Source of the DNA: Dehalococcoidia bacterium
Lineage (GTDB): Bacteria > Chloroflexota > Dehalococcoidia > Lucifugimonadales > UBA3495
Assembly: GCA_030740155.1 (NCBI GenBank)
Contig: JASLXV010000021.1
Location: 1-26,548 of the forward strand
Length of the DNA: 26,548 bases
Reading direction: 5' to 3'
This document shows, piece after piece, positions 1-9,020 of this stretch. Within the stretch, counting starts at the first letter, position 1, and each line of letters starts with the position of its first letter. The translations under genes and the position numbers were made by a program. Under the pieces are notes generated by a model, which had not been told where the DNA came from, made no database searches, and saw only the letters and a program-made list of their open reading frames with translations.

Positions 1-263
1 GCGCTGTATATTTGTGGGCCCGCGGCTTTTACGCTACCCCCCAAACCCCTTTCAACACTGCTGGGGCGCCCTCGAACCCGGGGGGCCCCCTTCCCTATTT
101 CTGCGTCTCCGCGGTTTCCCCATTCTCTCAAAAACCCCGTAACCTGCCTGGCGCAAGCAACGCAAAGTCCGGCATCATGGGTCAGGATATGGTCAGCGGT
201 CAGTTGATAGCGGATACATCGCTGGAGAACGCGCTCCAACGCGGGACGCGGAAGGGGGATGAG

Positions 264-848
264 GTGCGGCGGCACACCGGCTTCCTGGCTACCATATCCA
301 TCATACTCGTCAGCATCCTCGCCACCGTGGGCGCCGTGCCGGAGCAGGGGGAGAGGCCGCCTCAGCCCTTCTTTCAGGACTTCTTCTCAGGCCGGATATC
401 CCTCCAGGGCGCCCCGGCGCCGGCCGGGAAGCAGCTGATCGCCTGTATCGACGACTGCGCCACCGGCTTTGAAAGCCAGCCGGTGGATGTGGAGCCCGCG
501 GGCAGTTACACCGGCCTGGAGGTGAACCCCGCAGAAGAGAACCTCATCGGGCGCACGGTCAGGTTCTACTTGGTCAACGATTTTGGCCGCATCGAGGCCG
601 CCGAAATCTGGACCTTCGTGGGCGCTTTCGACTTCTACAACCTGGACCTCACCTTCACCGATCCGCTTCCGATGCCGACACCCACGCCAACTGTGGTCCC
701 CACCCCTACGGTGACGCCAACTGCTTCTCTACCCGTGCCCGGCGACCCGCGGGTGACCGCCATACCCAAACTGGCCTTGATCGTCGGGGCCATCGCGGTG
801 GTCAGCGGCGCCGCGCTGCTGCTGATCGTGCGCCGCCAGGCCGTATAA
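264..848 (+). CDS. Secreted/cell-surface protein with Pro/Thr-rich linker and LPxTG-like C-terminal anchor
   Basis: GTG at 264 follows purine-rich AAGGGGGA and is in frame with ORF 12..848. N-terminus resembles a signal peptide (RRHTGFLATISIILVSILATVGA). C-terminus has a PTPTPTVVPTPTVTPT linker, LPVPG, a hydrophobic helix and a basic RRQAV tail. Confidence 0.7.
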   Translation: MRRHTGFLATISIILVSILATVGAVPEQGERPPQPFFQDFFSGRISLQGAPAPAGKQLIACIDDCATGFESQPVDVEPAGSYTGLEVNPAEENLIGRTVRFYLVNDFGRIEAAEIWTFVGAFDFYNLDLTFTDPLPMPTPTPTVVPTPTVTPTASLPVPGDPRVTAIPKLALIVGAIAVVSGAALLLIVRRQAV

Positions 849-955
849 ATGAGGCGGCGGCCCTGCCTCAGCGCTCGAGCCGCCATGGGAAATTCAAGCC
901 CCGGCGCTCCTTCGCGCACCGGGTCCAAGCTTCAATCTGCCCCCAGAACGGAGCC

Positions 956-1600
956 TCAGGCCAATCTGGCCTGAGGGGCGAGTAACACCACCTTCATGTC
1001 CGCCGGCAGATTCGTGGCGGTCACCACGAGCCGGGGCTGGGGCTGAATGTCACTCAGTCCCATCCGGCGCATGAACGTATCCACACCCTGGAGGGGCACG
1101 TCCACGCCCGGAATACTGTGGTGCATCGGTATCACGATCTTGGGACCCAAGTCCTGGATGTTTTGAAGCACCTGGTCCAGATCTAGAGTACAGCCTCCCC
1201 CAACGGGCACGAGGAGCACGTCCACCGGCATCAATCCGTCGACCTGGCGGGTGCTCAGCGGCAGCGCAATATCTCCCAGGTGACATACGTTTACGCTGTC
1301 GAGTTCGATGCTGAAAGCCACGTTGCGACGTTCCGGCGGGCTCTCCGGGGCCAGCGGCGTCATCACCCCTCGCGCGGAGATCCCACGGTACTCATACTCG
1401 CCGGGAGCGCTGAACACGTGGGGCTCCCCGGTAATCTCCTCCCAGTTGTTGTGATTGATGTGGGAATTACTGACGGTGACCACCGTGGCGGGCCGGGGGT
1501 CCGGCCTCAGTCCCAGGGTCAGGGAGTAGGGGTCGGTTACAACCACCAGGTCATTGGAGCGAATCCTGAAGCACCCGTGTCCCAGCCAGGTTATGTCCAT
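956..1600 (-). CDS. Metallo-beta-lactamase-fold hydrolase (Lactamase_B_3-like)
   Basis: Typical MDITWLGHGCFRI start, plus VTDPY, CHLGD, DVLLVPVGG and PKIVIPMHH motifs. ATG at 1600 preferred over 1609. Confidence 0.85.
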   Translation of the reverse strand: MDITWLGHGCFRIRSNDLVVVTDPYSLTLGLRPDPRPATVVTVSNSHINHNNWEEITGEPHVFSAPGEYEYRGISARGVMTPLAPESPPERRNVAFSIELDSVNVCHLGDIALPLSTRQVDGLMPVDVLLVPVGGGCTLDLDQVLQNIQDLGPKIVIPMHHSIPGVDVPLQGVDTFMRRMGLSDIQPQPRLVVTATNLPADMKVVLLAPQARLA

Positions 1601-1873
1601 GACCGGCACCTGTCCCGCGGATTCGCCGGGTTCCCATCTAAACGATGCATCATTGAAAGCAGCTCCACCTTATCTTGCTCACCGGGACTCCATGGCTCCC
1701 GCCTGGACGAGGGAACGCCCAGGGTAGGATGTTCATGGCCTGTTTTGGGGAGCCCCGGGATTCGATCCCGGAACCCGGAACCAAAACATCCTCTCCCACC
1801 TACAGCGCCGCTTCCCGGGGAGTGACGTCCACGTCCCGGGCTGACTTAGAATTGGGCCTCTCTCCCGCAACGG

Positions 1874-1910
1874 CTGGCACTGGGGCCCCGGCTGGGTATA
1901 GTAGTATAAT
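1874..1910 (+). promoter_or_regulatory. Putative sigma70 promoter upstream of hrcA
   Basis: CTGGCA (1874-1879), 17-bp spacer, TATAGT (1897-1902). A perfect TATAAT follows at 1905-1910, in an AT-rich patch. Confidence 0.45.
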
Positions 1911-2020
1911 AAGGTACGTAGGTTGGGTCAACGCTTGACTCTGTCGAGATTGGCCGACTCCCGAACACGCCCGCAAACGCGCCTTGTTGGGCAGAACAGT
2001 TTGGTATTCGCGGGGCACTT

Positions 2021-3052
2021 ATGCTGTCGGAACGTGCAAGGACCGTACTGAATATTCTGGTGGACCAACATGTCCACACGGCGGCCCCGGTGTCTTCTGA
2101 TGAGATCGCCCGCCTGTCTGCCACCAAGGTCAGTCCGGCGACGATACGAAGCGCCATGTCCCAACTGACCGATGAGGGCTACATATCCCGGCGTCACGTG
2201 TCTGCCGGCGGTGTCCCATCGGACCTTGGCTATCGCTGTTACGTGGAGTCGTTGCGGGAACTGCCGCAGCTTCCCTTCGCCCTGCGGCGGGAGATCGACC
2301 AGCGCCTGAACCAAACTGAGCCGGACCTGCAAGTCTGGAGCCAGCAGTGCGCTTCCATTCTTGCCGCCATCACCGCCAACCTGGCCATCGTTACCGTACC
2401 CCAAGCCAGCGCTCCTCGCCTCCGGCACATAGAACTAGTCTACCTCCAGGAATTCCTGGTGCTTCTGATAATCGTATTGCAGGAGTCGCGTCTGCTCCGC
2501 CGGTTGCTGCCCATGGACGAGGGGGTAAACCAGGACTCGTTGGACCGGGTGGCCGAAAAGCTGAACGTCCACCTCGGCGGTCTGACCTGCAGTGAAATTG
2601 AGGGAAACCGGCTGGAATTGACCCCTCTGGAAGGCAGGGTAATGAACGACTCCATGGTCATGCTGCGGGAGGCAGAAACCTCCAACTCCAAGGAACACTA
2701 CGTCCACGGGCTCCGGCTCTTACTCTCCCAGCCGGAGTTCTCCCAGAGCGGCCAGGTGAAAGGCCTGGTGGAGATGTTGGAGGAACGGGTCCTGGTGGAA
2801 AGCGTCCTCTCCATGACGGCCGGAGACAAAGATGTTGCCATCTACATCGGCGAAGAGAACTCGCCCGAAGCGCTGCACCAATTTGGCGTGATTGTCAGCG
2901 GATACGGGATACCGGACCAGCTCGGTGGCACGATCTGCGTCATCGGGCCCACGAGGATGGGTTATGCTCAGGCTATCAGTGGGGTCCGGTACCTGTCGTC
3001 GTTCATGGACCAGCTTCTTTCCGGACTCCACGGTGGAAACACGGCCGGATGA
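2021..3052 (+). CDS. hrcA: Heat-inducible transcription repressor HrcA
   Basis: N-terminal wHTH with PVSS...VSPATIRSAM...GYI...HVSAGGVPSDLGYR, and C-terminal GTICVIGPTRMGY motif; 343 aa. Confidence 0.95.
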   Translation: MLSERARTVLNILVDQHVHTAAPVSSDEIARLSATKVSPATIRSAMSQLTDEGYISRRHVSAGGVPSDLGYRCYVESLRELPQLPFALRREIDQRLNQTEPDLQVWSQQCASILAAITANLAIVTVPQASAPRLRHIELVYLQEFLVLLIIVLQESRLLRRLLPMDEGVNQDSLDRVAEKLNVHLGGLTCSEIEGNRLELTPLEGRVMNDSMVMLREAETSNSKEHYVHGLRLLLSQPEFSQSGQVKGLVEMLEERVLVESVLSMTAGDKDVAIYIGEENSPEALHQFGVIVSGYGIPDQLGGTICVIGPTRMGYAQAISGVRYLSSFMDQLLSGLHGGNTAG

Positions 3053-3371
3053 TCTGAACGAGCAAGCCGGCAGCGTCCCAGTTCGGTCCCAGGTGGCAGG
3101 GCCTGTGAGGCGTTTTAAGGCCATCCCGGGTGCCCGGAGGCACTTGGGGTCCACCACGGGCGAAAATCCGGCAGTTGGACCAACCTTGCGGCGGCGAATC
3201 CGGCCGGGCTGCCGGTTTGACCCCTATCTCTCAACCCTGGGAGGCCCGATTACGGAAGCTGAGATGCGGTGCGCCGGAATGCCGGCCGTGGCGTTACACC
3301 GTCACGGCTGCCCGGTCCGCTCAACAGGGAACATCGCCCGGTGGCCGGACCGGGTTTGTTAGGGCGTTCTT

Positions 3372-5147
3372 TTGGCAATCACCAACGAGAAAATAGCCCA
3401 ACTCTTCGAGGAACTGGGCGCCCTTCACGAAATGAACGGGGACAGTGTGTTCCAGATCCGCGCCTACCAGCGGGCCGCCCGGACCATCGGCCACCTCTCT
3501 TTCCCCTTGGCTCAAGCGGTGGAGGATGGCGCCGACCTGAAGAAGATACCGGGTATCGGCCGGGCCATCAGCGACAAGATACTTGAGCTGCTTCAGACGG
3601 GCCGCGTCTCCACCTACGACAGGCTGGTGGAGGAGTTGCCCGACGGCGTCATGACCCTGATGAACATCCCCGGTATCGGCCCCAAGACCGCCATGCTCAT
3701 CGCGCAAGAGTTGGGAGTCGGCACCCTCGAGGGTGTGGAGCAGGCCGCCCAGGACGGAAGGATTGCCGCCCTTCCCCGGATGGGGCAGAAGGCTACGGAG
3801 AACATTCTTCACCACGTTCAGTCCCTGCGCACCAAGGACCAGCGGACCCCCATCGGGCAGGCGCTGCCCCTGGCCGAGGAGATTATCGGCAAGCTGCGGC
3901 AGAAGTGCCCCGACATCACTCACCTGTTCCCCGCTGGGAGCCTGCGCCGCTGGGAGGAGACCATCGGAGACATCGACCTAGTTGGCGTATCCTCCCGGCC
4001 GGGCGACGCGGCCGACGCCCTGGTCTCCCTGGAGATGGTTCAGGAGGTTGTGGCCCACGGTCCCAAGAAGACCAGCGTGGTGGTGGAACCCGGAATCCAG
4101 GTGGACCTGCGTCTGGGTGACGAGAATTCCTTCGGCGCGATGCTCCAGTATTTCACCGGCAGCCAGCAGCACAACATCCGCCTGCGAGACTACGCCAAGC
4201 GCCAAGGCCTATCGCTGAACGAGTACGGCATCACCGACCTGGCCACCGGGGTAACGGAAGAATACCCCGATGAAGCTGCTTTCTACGCCCGGCTCGGCCT
4301 GCCCTCCATCCCTCCGGAGCTGCGGGCGGGGATGTGGGAGATGGAAGCCGCCCTGGAGCGCCGGCTGCCCAGTCTGGTGGAGGAGACCCACCTGCGGGGA
4401 GACCTGCACCTGCACAGCGATTGGAGCGACGGCCGCGACCCCATAGAAACGATGGTCGCCTCCGCCGCCGCCCTGGGCTACGAGTACATGGCCTTGACCG
4501 ACCACTCATCGGGCCGGGGCATCGCCAACGGCCTGTCCGACGAACGGCTGCACCGGCAGATTGCACTGCTGCGGTCCCTTCAGGGTGAATACTCAATGAC
4601 GATCCTCTGCGGCTCGGAGGTGGATATCCGGGCCGACGGTACGCTGGACTACCCCGACGAACTGCTGGAACAACTGGACGTGGTGGTCGCCTCGGTCCAC
4701 TCGGCGATGGGGCAAGACAGTGAGACCATGACCCGGCGGATCATCAGGGCCATGGAACACCCCTCGGTCACCATCATCGGCCACCTGTCCACCCGGTTGC
4801 TGGGGCGCCGGAAGCCCGTGGAGTTCGACCTGGAGGCGATCCTGCGGGCGGCCCGGGAGACGGGCACGGTATTGGAGATCAACGCCTCGCCGGAACGCCT
4901 GGACCTGAAAGACACCCACGCCTACCGGGCCCGGGAGCTGGCGGTGCCCTTGGTGATCGACACGGACTCTCACCAATTTGCTCACCTGAACCGGAGGCGC
5001 TTCGGAGTGGCCGTGGCCCGCCGGGCCTGGTGTGAGCCGCGGCACATCCTGAACACCATGCCCCTGGACCAGTTCCTTAACTTTATCCGAACCCCGAAGC
5101 CGGCGCGGACCAAGGTGTTCGACGCCCGGCTGGCCGAAGCCGGTTAG
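3372..5147 (+). CDS. polX: DNA polymerase X / PHP 3'-5' exonuclease
   Basis: HhH motifs (IPGIG x2), AGSLRR, catalytic GDID and VDLR aspartates, YFTGS. PHP motifs DLHLHSDWSDG, TDHS, GSEVDI, SVHS, IIGH and DTDSH are intact. Confidence 0.95.
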   Translation: MAITNEKIAQLFEELGALHEMNGDSVFQIRAYQRAARTIGHLSFPLAQAVEDGADLKKIPGIGRAISDKILELLQTGRVSTYDRLVEELPDGVMTLMNIPGIGPKTAMLIAQELGVGTLEGVEQAAQDGRIAALPRMGQKATENILHHVQSLRTKDQRTPIGQALPLAEEIIGKLRQKCPDITHLFPAGSLRRWEETIGDIDLVGVSSRPGDAADALVSLEMVQEVVAHGPKKTSVVVEPGIQVDLRLGDENSFGAMLQYFTGSQQHNIRLRDYAKRQGLSLNEYGITDLATGVTEEYPDEAAFYARLGLPSIPPELRAGMWEMEAALERRLPSLVEETHLRGDLHLHSDWSDGRDPIETMVASAAALGYEYMALTDHSSGRGIANGLSDERLHRQIALLRSLQGEYSMTILCGSEVDIRADGTLDYPDELLEQLDVVVASVHSAMGQDSETMTRRIIRAMEHPSVTIIGHLSTRLLGRRKPVEFDLEAILRAARETGTVLEINASPERLDLKDTHAYRARELAVPLVIDTDSHQFAHLNRRRFGVAVARRAWCEPRHILNTMPLDQFLNFIRTPKPARTKVFDARLAEAG

Positions 5148-5150
5148 ATC

Positions 5151-5939
5151 GTGGAACAGGTCACGCATCAGCCCTTCGACAGTGCTCCCGGCCCGGCGAC
5201 CGGCCTGACGGAACAGGTCCCCGAAGCGGTGCTCCACCTGAGATCCGCGGTCCGGTCCGAGACGCCATGGCCCCAGGCAATATTGGAGGCCGCCGCGCTC
5301 TGGACCCTTCCGCAAGAAGTGCACCAAGGGCGCTCCTACCAATACCTGATTCAAGGCGAAGCGTTCGATTGGCTGGTGCTTGCGGAGCGGCTCTGCGCCG
5401 AACTGTCCGGCTATATTACCAACGAAGAGAAGGAGCGCCTGCTTTTTCGAGGAATATTTCCGGATGGAACAAAACCGGAAGCGCTCCAAGACCTGCTGGG
5501 GGTCAACAAGTACCGGGCCTACCTGAACTACTGGTACGGCGTGGTAGTCGAGGAAGCGTTGCAGCTATCGGTGGAGGAGGGTGTGCGAAAGAGGCACCTG
5601 GCCCTCTGCTATGCCGACAGCGAAGACTTGGAGGAACAGGCCTTCGTCCACATCTACGGCGCGCCACGGGCCGAGTTGCTGGAAGAATTTCGGGAATGGG
5701 CCCATGTCGCCCGGCGGCGGACTCTTTCCCTCGCCGACATGAAAGGGTTCACCTACTGGCTTCACAAGCTCCGCCTCAAGATGTGGGACCCGGCCCGGGT
5801 CGCCAGCGACACCAAGAGAGGCATCCGGCAGCTGCGCCTGCTCGAGCAGATCGCCGGGGCCGGCCAGGAGGGCCAACAGGGCATCGGCCCAACTCCCCAG
5901 GGAGTCACGAGCCGGCGAAGCCCTTCCCGGACCTCCTAG
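5151..5939 (+). CDS. Hypothetical protein, probably co-transcribed with polX
   Basis: 262-aa ORF starting 3 nt after the polX stop, with globular aromatic-rich sequence (YLIQGEAFDWLVLAERL, YLNYWYGVVVEEAL). Family not recognised. Confidence 0.75.
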   Translation: MEQVTHQPFDSAPGPATGLTEQVPEAVLHLRSAVRSETPWPQAILEAAALWTLPQEVHQGRSYQYLIQGEAFDWLVLAERLCAELSGYITNEEKERLLFRGIFPDGTKPEALQDLLGVNKYRAYLNYWYGVVVEEALQLSVEEGVRKRHLALCYADSEDLEEQAFVHIYGAPRAELLEEFREWAHVARRRTLSLADMKGFTYWLHKLRLKMWDPARVASDTKRGIRQLRLLEQIAGAGQEGQQGIGPTPQGVTSRRSPSRTS

Positions 5940-6141
5940 CGCCTCCACATCCATCGGCAGGCCTCTCGCCATCGGTCGTACCCCGGTTCGATCGGGCCAT
6001 GGGGCAACCTCCCAGAGTGGGTCGTCCCCGATGGGATAGAATCCCCCAGTCGATGGCGTGAAAAGCGGCCCGGGTGAAGAAAGTGACCGGCCCGTCCGGT
6101 GAAAAGCACCCAAGTGCCGGCAACCTTTGGCCTCCTCACTC

Positions 6142-6171
6142 TTGGACGCCCACGCCGTTCGATGTTATATT
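6142..6171 (+). promoter_or_regulatory. Putative sigma70 promoter (extended -10) for valS
   Basis: TTGGAC (6142-6147), 18 bp, then TATATT (6166-6171) preceded by TGn; about 90 nt upstream of the valS ATG. Confidence 0.45.
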
Positions 6172-6259
6172 TGCTGGCAACCGATAGCTGAAAGACGCCC
6201 GGTGCCGGCCTCGAAACTCACCCACTTTGAGAAGGAGAGTCCCAGAAGGGGACCTTACC

Positions 6260-9004
6260 ATGACCAGCGACCCTTCCGCACGGATTCCCAGCGCCTATGA
6301 CGCCGCAAGTGTCGAGCAGCGCGTGTATAAGAACTGGCTGGACCAGGGCTACTTCACCGCCCCCATAGACCAGAGCCGGCCGCCTTTCACCATAATCATG
6401 CCTCCGCCCAATGTCACCGGCGAGCTGCACCTGGGGCACGCCCTGACCACCGCCCTGGAGGATTCTCTGAGCCGCTGGCACCGGATGCTCGGGGATCCCA
6501 CGCTGTGGCTGCCCGGCAAGGACCACGCCGGGATCGCCACCCAATGGGTGGTGGAGAAACTGCTGGCCTCCGAGGGCACCAGCCGCCACGAGCTTGGCCG
6601 GGAAAAGTTCGTGGAGAAGGTATGGGAATGGGTCGAAAAATACGGCAATACCATCGACGAGCAGCACAAGCGGCTCGGCGCTTCTTGCGACTGGTCCCGC
6701 CTCCGGTTCACCTTGGACCCCGGTCCCGGCAAGGCGGTCCGAACCACATTTGTGAACCTCTACAACAAGGGGCTGATCTACCGCCACGAGCGGATCGTAA
6801 ACTGGTGCCCCCGATGCGCCACCGCTCTGTCTGACCTGGAAGTGGACTACCAGGAGCAGGACGGCACCCTCTACTACATCCGCTATCCGATAGAAACCCT
6901 CGCCCCCGGCCCCTCTCCCTCAGGGAGAGGGGTGGCCGAAGGCCGGGGTGAGGGCGCCCACATCACGGTGGCCACGACCCGCCCGGAGACATTGCTGGGC
7001 GACACCGGAGTCGCCGTCCACCCGGACGACCCCCGCTACCGGTACCTGGTGGGCCGCCGAGCCGTCCTGCCCATCATGGGACGCAGCATCCCGGTTGTCG
7101 GCGACTCCGCCATCACGCCTGAGTTCGGTACCGGCGCTCTGAAGGTCACCCCCGGCCACGACCCGGCGGACTTCGAGATCGGCGAGCGCCACCACTTGGA
7201 AATCATTTCCGTCATCGGCCTGGACGGTAACATGTCCGACGCCGCCGGGAAGTACGCCGGGACCGAGCGCTTCCAGGCACGGCAGGAGGTTGTCGCCGAA
7301 CTCGAAACCCTGGGGCTCTTGGAAAGGGTCGAGGACTACCGCCACTCGGTGGGCCACTGCCAGCGGTGCACCGCGGTGATCGAGCCCCTGGTAAGCCTCC
7401 AGTGGTTCGTCCACGTGGGCCGCCACGACCAGCCGGACAGCATCGCCGGCCGGGCCCACGCCGCGGTGGCCGGCGGCGACATCCATATCGTGCCCGAGCG
7501 GTTCACCCGGGTCTACCTGAACTGGATGGAGAATATCCGCGACTGGTGCATCAGCCGCCAGCTCTGGTGGGGCCACCGGATTCCAGTCTGGTACTGCGAC
7601 GACTGCGGCCACCTAACCGTATCGGTGAATGACGCCACGAGTTGCGCCAAGTGCCGGTCCTCCAAGCTCCAGCAAGACCCAGACGTGCTCGACACCTGGT
7701 TCAGCTCCGGACTCTGGACCCATTCCACCCTGGGCTGGCCGGAGGACACCGAGGACCTGCGGTATTTCTACCCCGGCTCGGTGATGGAAACCGGCTACGA
7801 CATCCTCTTCTTCTGGGTCGCCCGCATGATCATGCTGGGCATCGAAAACAACGGCCGGCCGCCCTTCCACACCATATTTCTCCATGGCCTGATCCGAGAC
7901 GCCCACGGCGCCAAGATGAGCAAGACCAAGGGCAATACCGTGGACCCCCTGGAGCTTGTGGACCGTTACGGGACCGACGCCCTCCGCTTCGCCCTGACCA
8001 CCGGCACCGCGCCCGGCAACGACCTGCGCTTCACCGAGGGCCGGATGGAGTCGGCTCGCAACTTCGCCAACAAGGTCTGGAACGCCGCCCGTTTCGTCAT
8101 AACCAGTCTTGAAGATAAGCACGGTCTCGACGGTTGGCACAACCTGCCGGCGCTCCAGCACCGGGAAGACCGGTGGATCATCTCCCGCCTGGACCGGCTC
8201 ATCGCCGAGGTCAACCAGTCCCTGGCGAGCTTCGAGATTGGGGAGGCCCAGCAGAAGCTCTACGATTTCATCTGGAGCGATTTCTGCGACTGGTACATCG
8301 AGATGGCCAAGATACGGCTTCGGTCGGGCGACGATCCTTCCCCGTTGCCGGTGCTGGCCCACGTTCTGGAGCGCACCCTCCGCGTGCTGCACCCCTTCAT
8401 GCCCTTCATCACCGAGGAGATCTGGCAGAACCTGCTGGCCCGGCTGCCCCGGGAGGGCGATCAAGCCGAGTCGATCATGATCTCGCCCTACCCACTGGCC
8501 GGCGGCTCCCGTCTGGACCCTCAAGCAGAGAGCGATATCTCCCTCGTCATGCAGGCCATCAGGGCGGTTCGCAACGCCCGCGCCCAACTGCGTATCCCCG
8601 TCGGCCAACGCCTGGAAGCCTTGGTGGAGACCAACGGCCTTCAGAGCGCCATCGAAGGTGAGGCGGATGTCATCCGGGCCCTCTCCCGGATCGAGCCGCT
8701 CCGAATTCTCTCCGGCGATTCCGCCCCGTCCGACTCCGCCCGAGGCATCACCCTGGTGGTGAATCCCCTGGTGATCCGGCTCCCGCTGGAAGGAGTGGTG
8801 GACCTGGCAGCCGAGGCCCAGAGGCTCCGCGAGGAGCGGGACGACTGCCAGAAGAACCTGAACCGGGTCTCCACCCTGGTATCCAACCCCAACTTCCGGG
8901 CGAAGGCCCGCCCCGGCGTCGTGGAGAACGAAGAGGCACGGTTGAAAGATCTCGAAGAGCGGCGGCAGCGCTTGGACGAGATTCTGGAACAGCTCGGAGA
9001 GTAG
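6260..9004 (+). CDS. valS: Valine--tRNA ligase
   Basis: PPPNVTGELHLGH (HIGH), DHAGIATQ, ATTRPET, FGTGALKVTPGHD, DWCISRQLWWGH, DTWFSS, KMSKT and a C-terminal coiled coil. ATG 6260 follows AGAAGGGG. Confidence 0.97.
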   Translation: MTSDPSARIPSAYDAASVEQRVYKNWLDQGYFTAPIDQSRPPFTIIMPPPNVTGELHLGHALTTALEDSLSRWHRMLGDPTLWLPGKDHAGIATQWVVEKLLASEGTSRHELGREKFVEKVWEWVEKYGNTIDEQHKRLGASCDWSRLRFTLDPGPGKAVRTTFVNLYNKGLIYRHERIVNWCPRCATALSDLEVDYQEQDGTLYYIRYPIETLAPGPSPSGRGVAEGRGEGAHITVATTRPETLLGDTGVAVHPDDPRYRYLVGRRAVLPIMGRSIPVVGDSAITPEFGTGALKVTPGHDPADFEIGERHHLEIISVIGLDGNMSDAAGKYAGTERFQARQEVVAELETLGLLERVEDYRHSVGHCQRCTAVIEPLVSLQWFVHVGRHDQPDSIAGRAHAAVAGGDIHIVPERFTRVYLNWMENIRDWCISRQLWWGHRIPVWYCDDCGHLTVSVNDATSCAKCRSSKLQQDPDVLDTWFSSGLWTHSTLGWPEDTEDLRYFYPGSVMETGYDILFFWVARMIMLGIENNGRPPFHTIFLHGLIRDAHGAKMSKTKGNTVDPLELVDRYGTDALRFALTTGTAPGNDLRFTEGRMESARNFANKVWNAARFVITSLEDKHGLDGWHNLPALQHREDRWIISRLDRLIAEVNQSLASFEIGEAQQKLYDFIWSDFCDWYIEMAKIRLRSGDDPSPLPVLAHVLERTLRVLHPFMPFITEEIWQNLLARLPREGDQAESIMISPYPLAGGSRLDPQAESDISLVMQAIRAVRNARAQLRIPVGQRLEALVETNGLQSAIEGEADVIRALSRIEPLRILSGDSAPSDSARGITLVVNPLVIRLPLEGVVDLAAEAQRLREERDDCQKNLNRVSTLVSNPNFRAKARPGVVENEEARLKDLEERRQRLDEILEQLGE
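6897..6954. repeat. Nested palindromic element inserted in frame in valS
   Basis: Inner stem CCCCTCTCCC/GGGAGAGGGG (6910-6919/6923-6932), a GGCC-GAA-GGCC minihairpin, and outer stem CCCTCGCCCCCGG/CCGGGGTGAGGG. Encodes LAPGPSPSGRGVAEGRGEG. Confidence 0.75.
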
Positions 9005-9020
9005 CGGGTAATACCCCACC

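Noticed and set aside
1874..1900. CIRCE element upstream of hrcA
   Set aside because: Left half matches only 6/9 (CTGGCACTG) and there is no GAGTGCTAA-like right half at a 9-bp spacing.
3053..3371. 6S RNA, SRP RNA, RNase P RNA or tmRNA in the hrcA-polX gap
   Set aside because: I could not find their hallmark motifs by eye; only generic GC-rich hairpins are present.
5940..6259. T-box riboswitch upstream of valS
   Set aside because: No GGTGGnACCGCG T-box motif or terminator was seen, and the likely promoter leaves only a ~80-nt leader.
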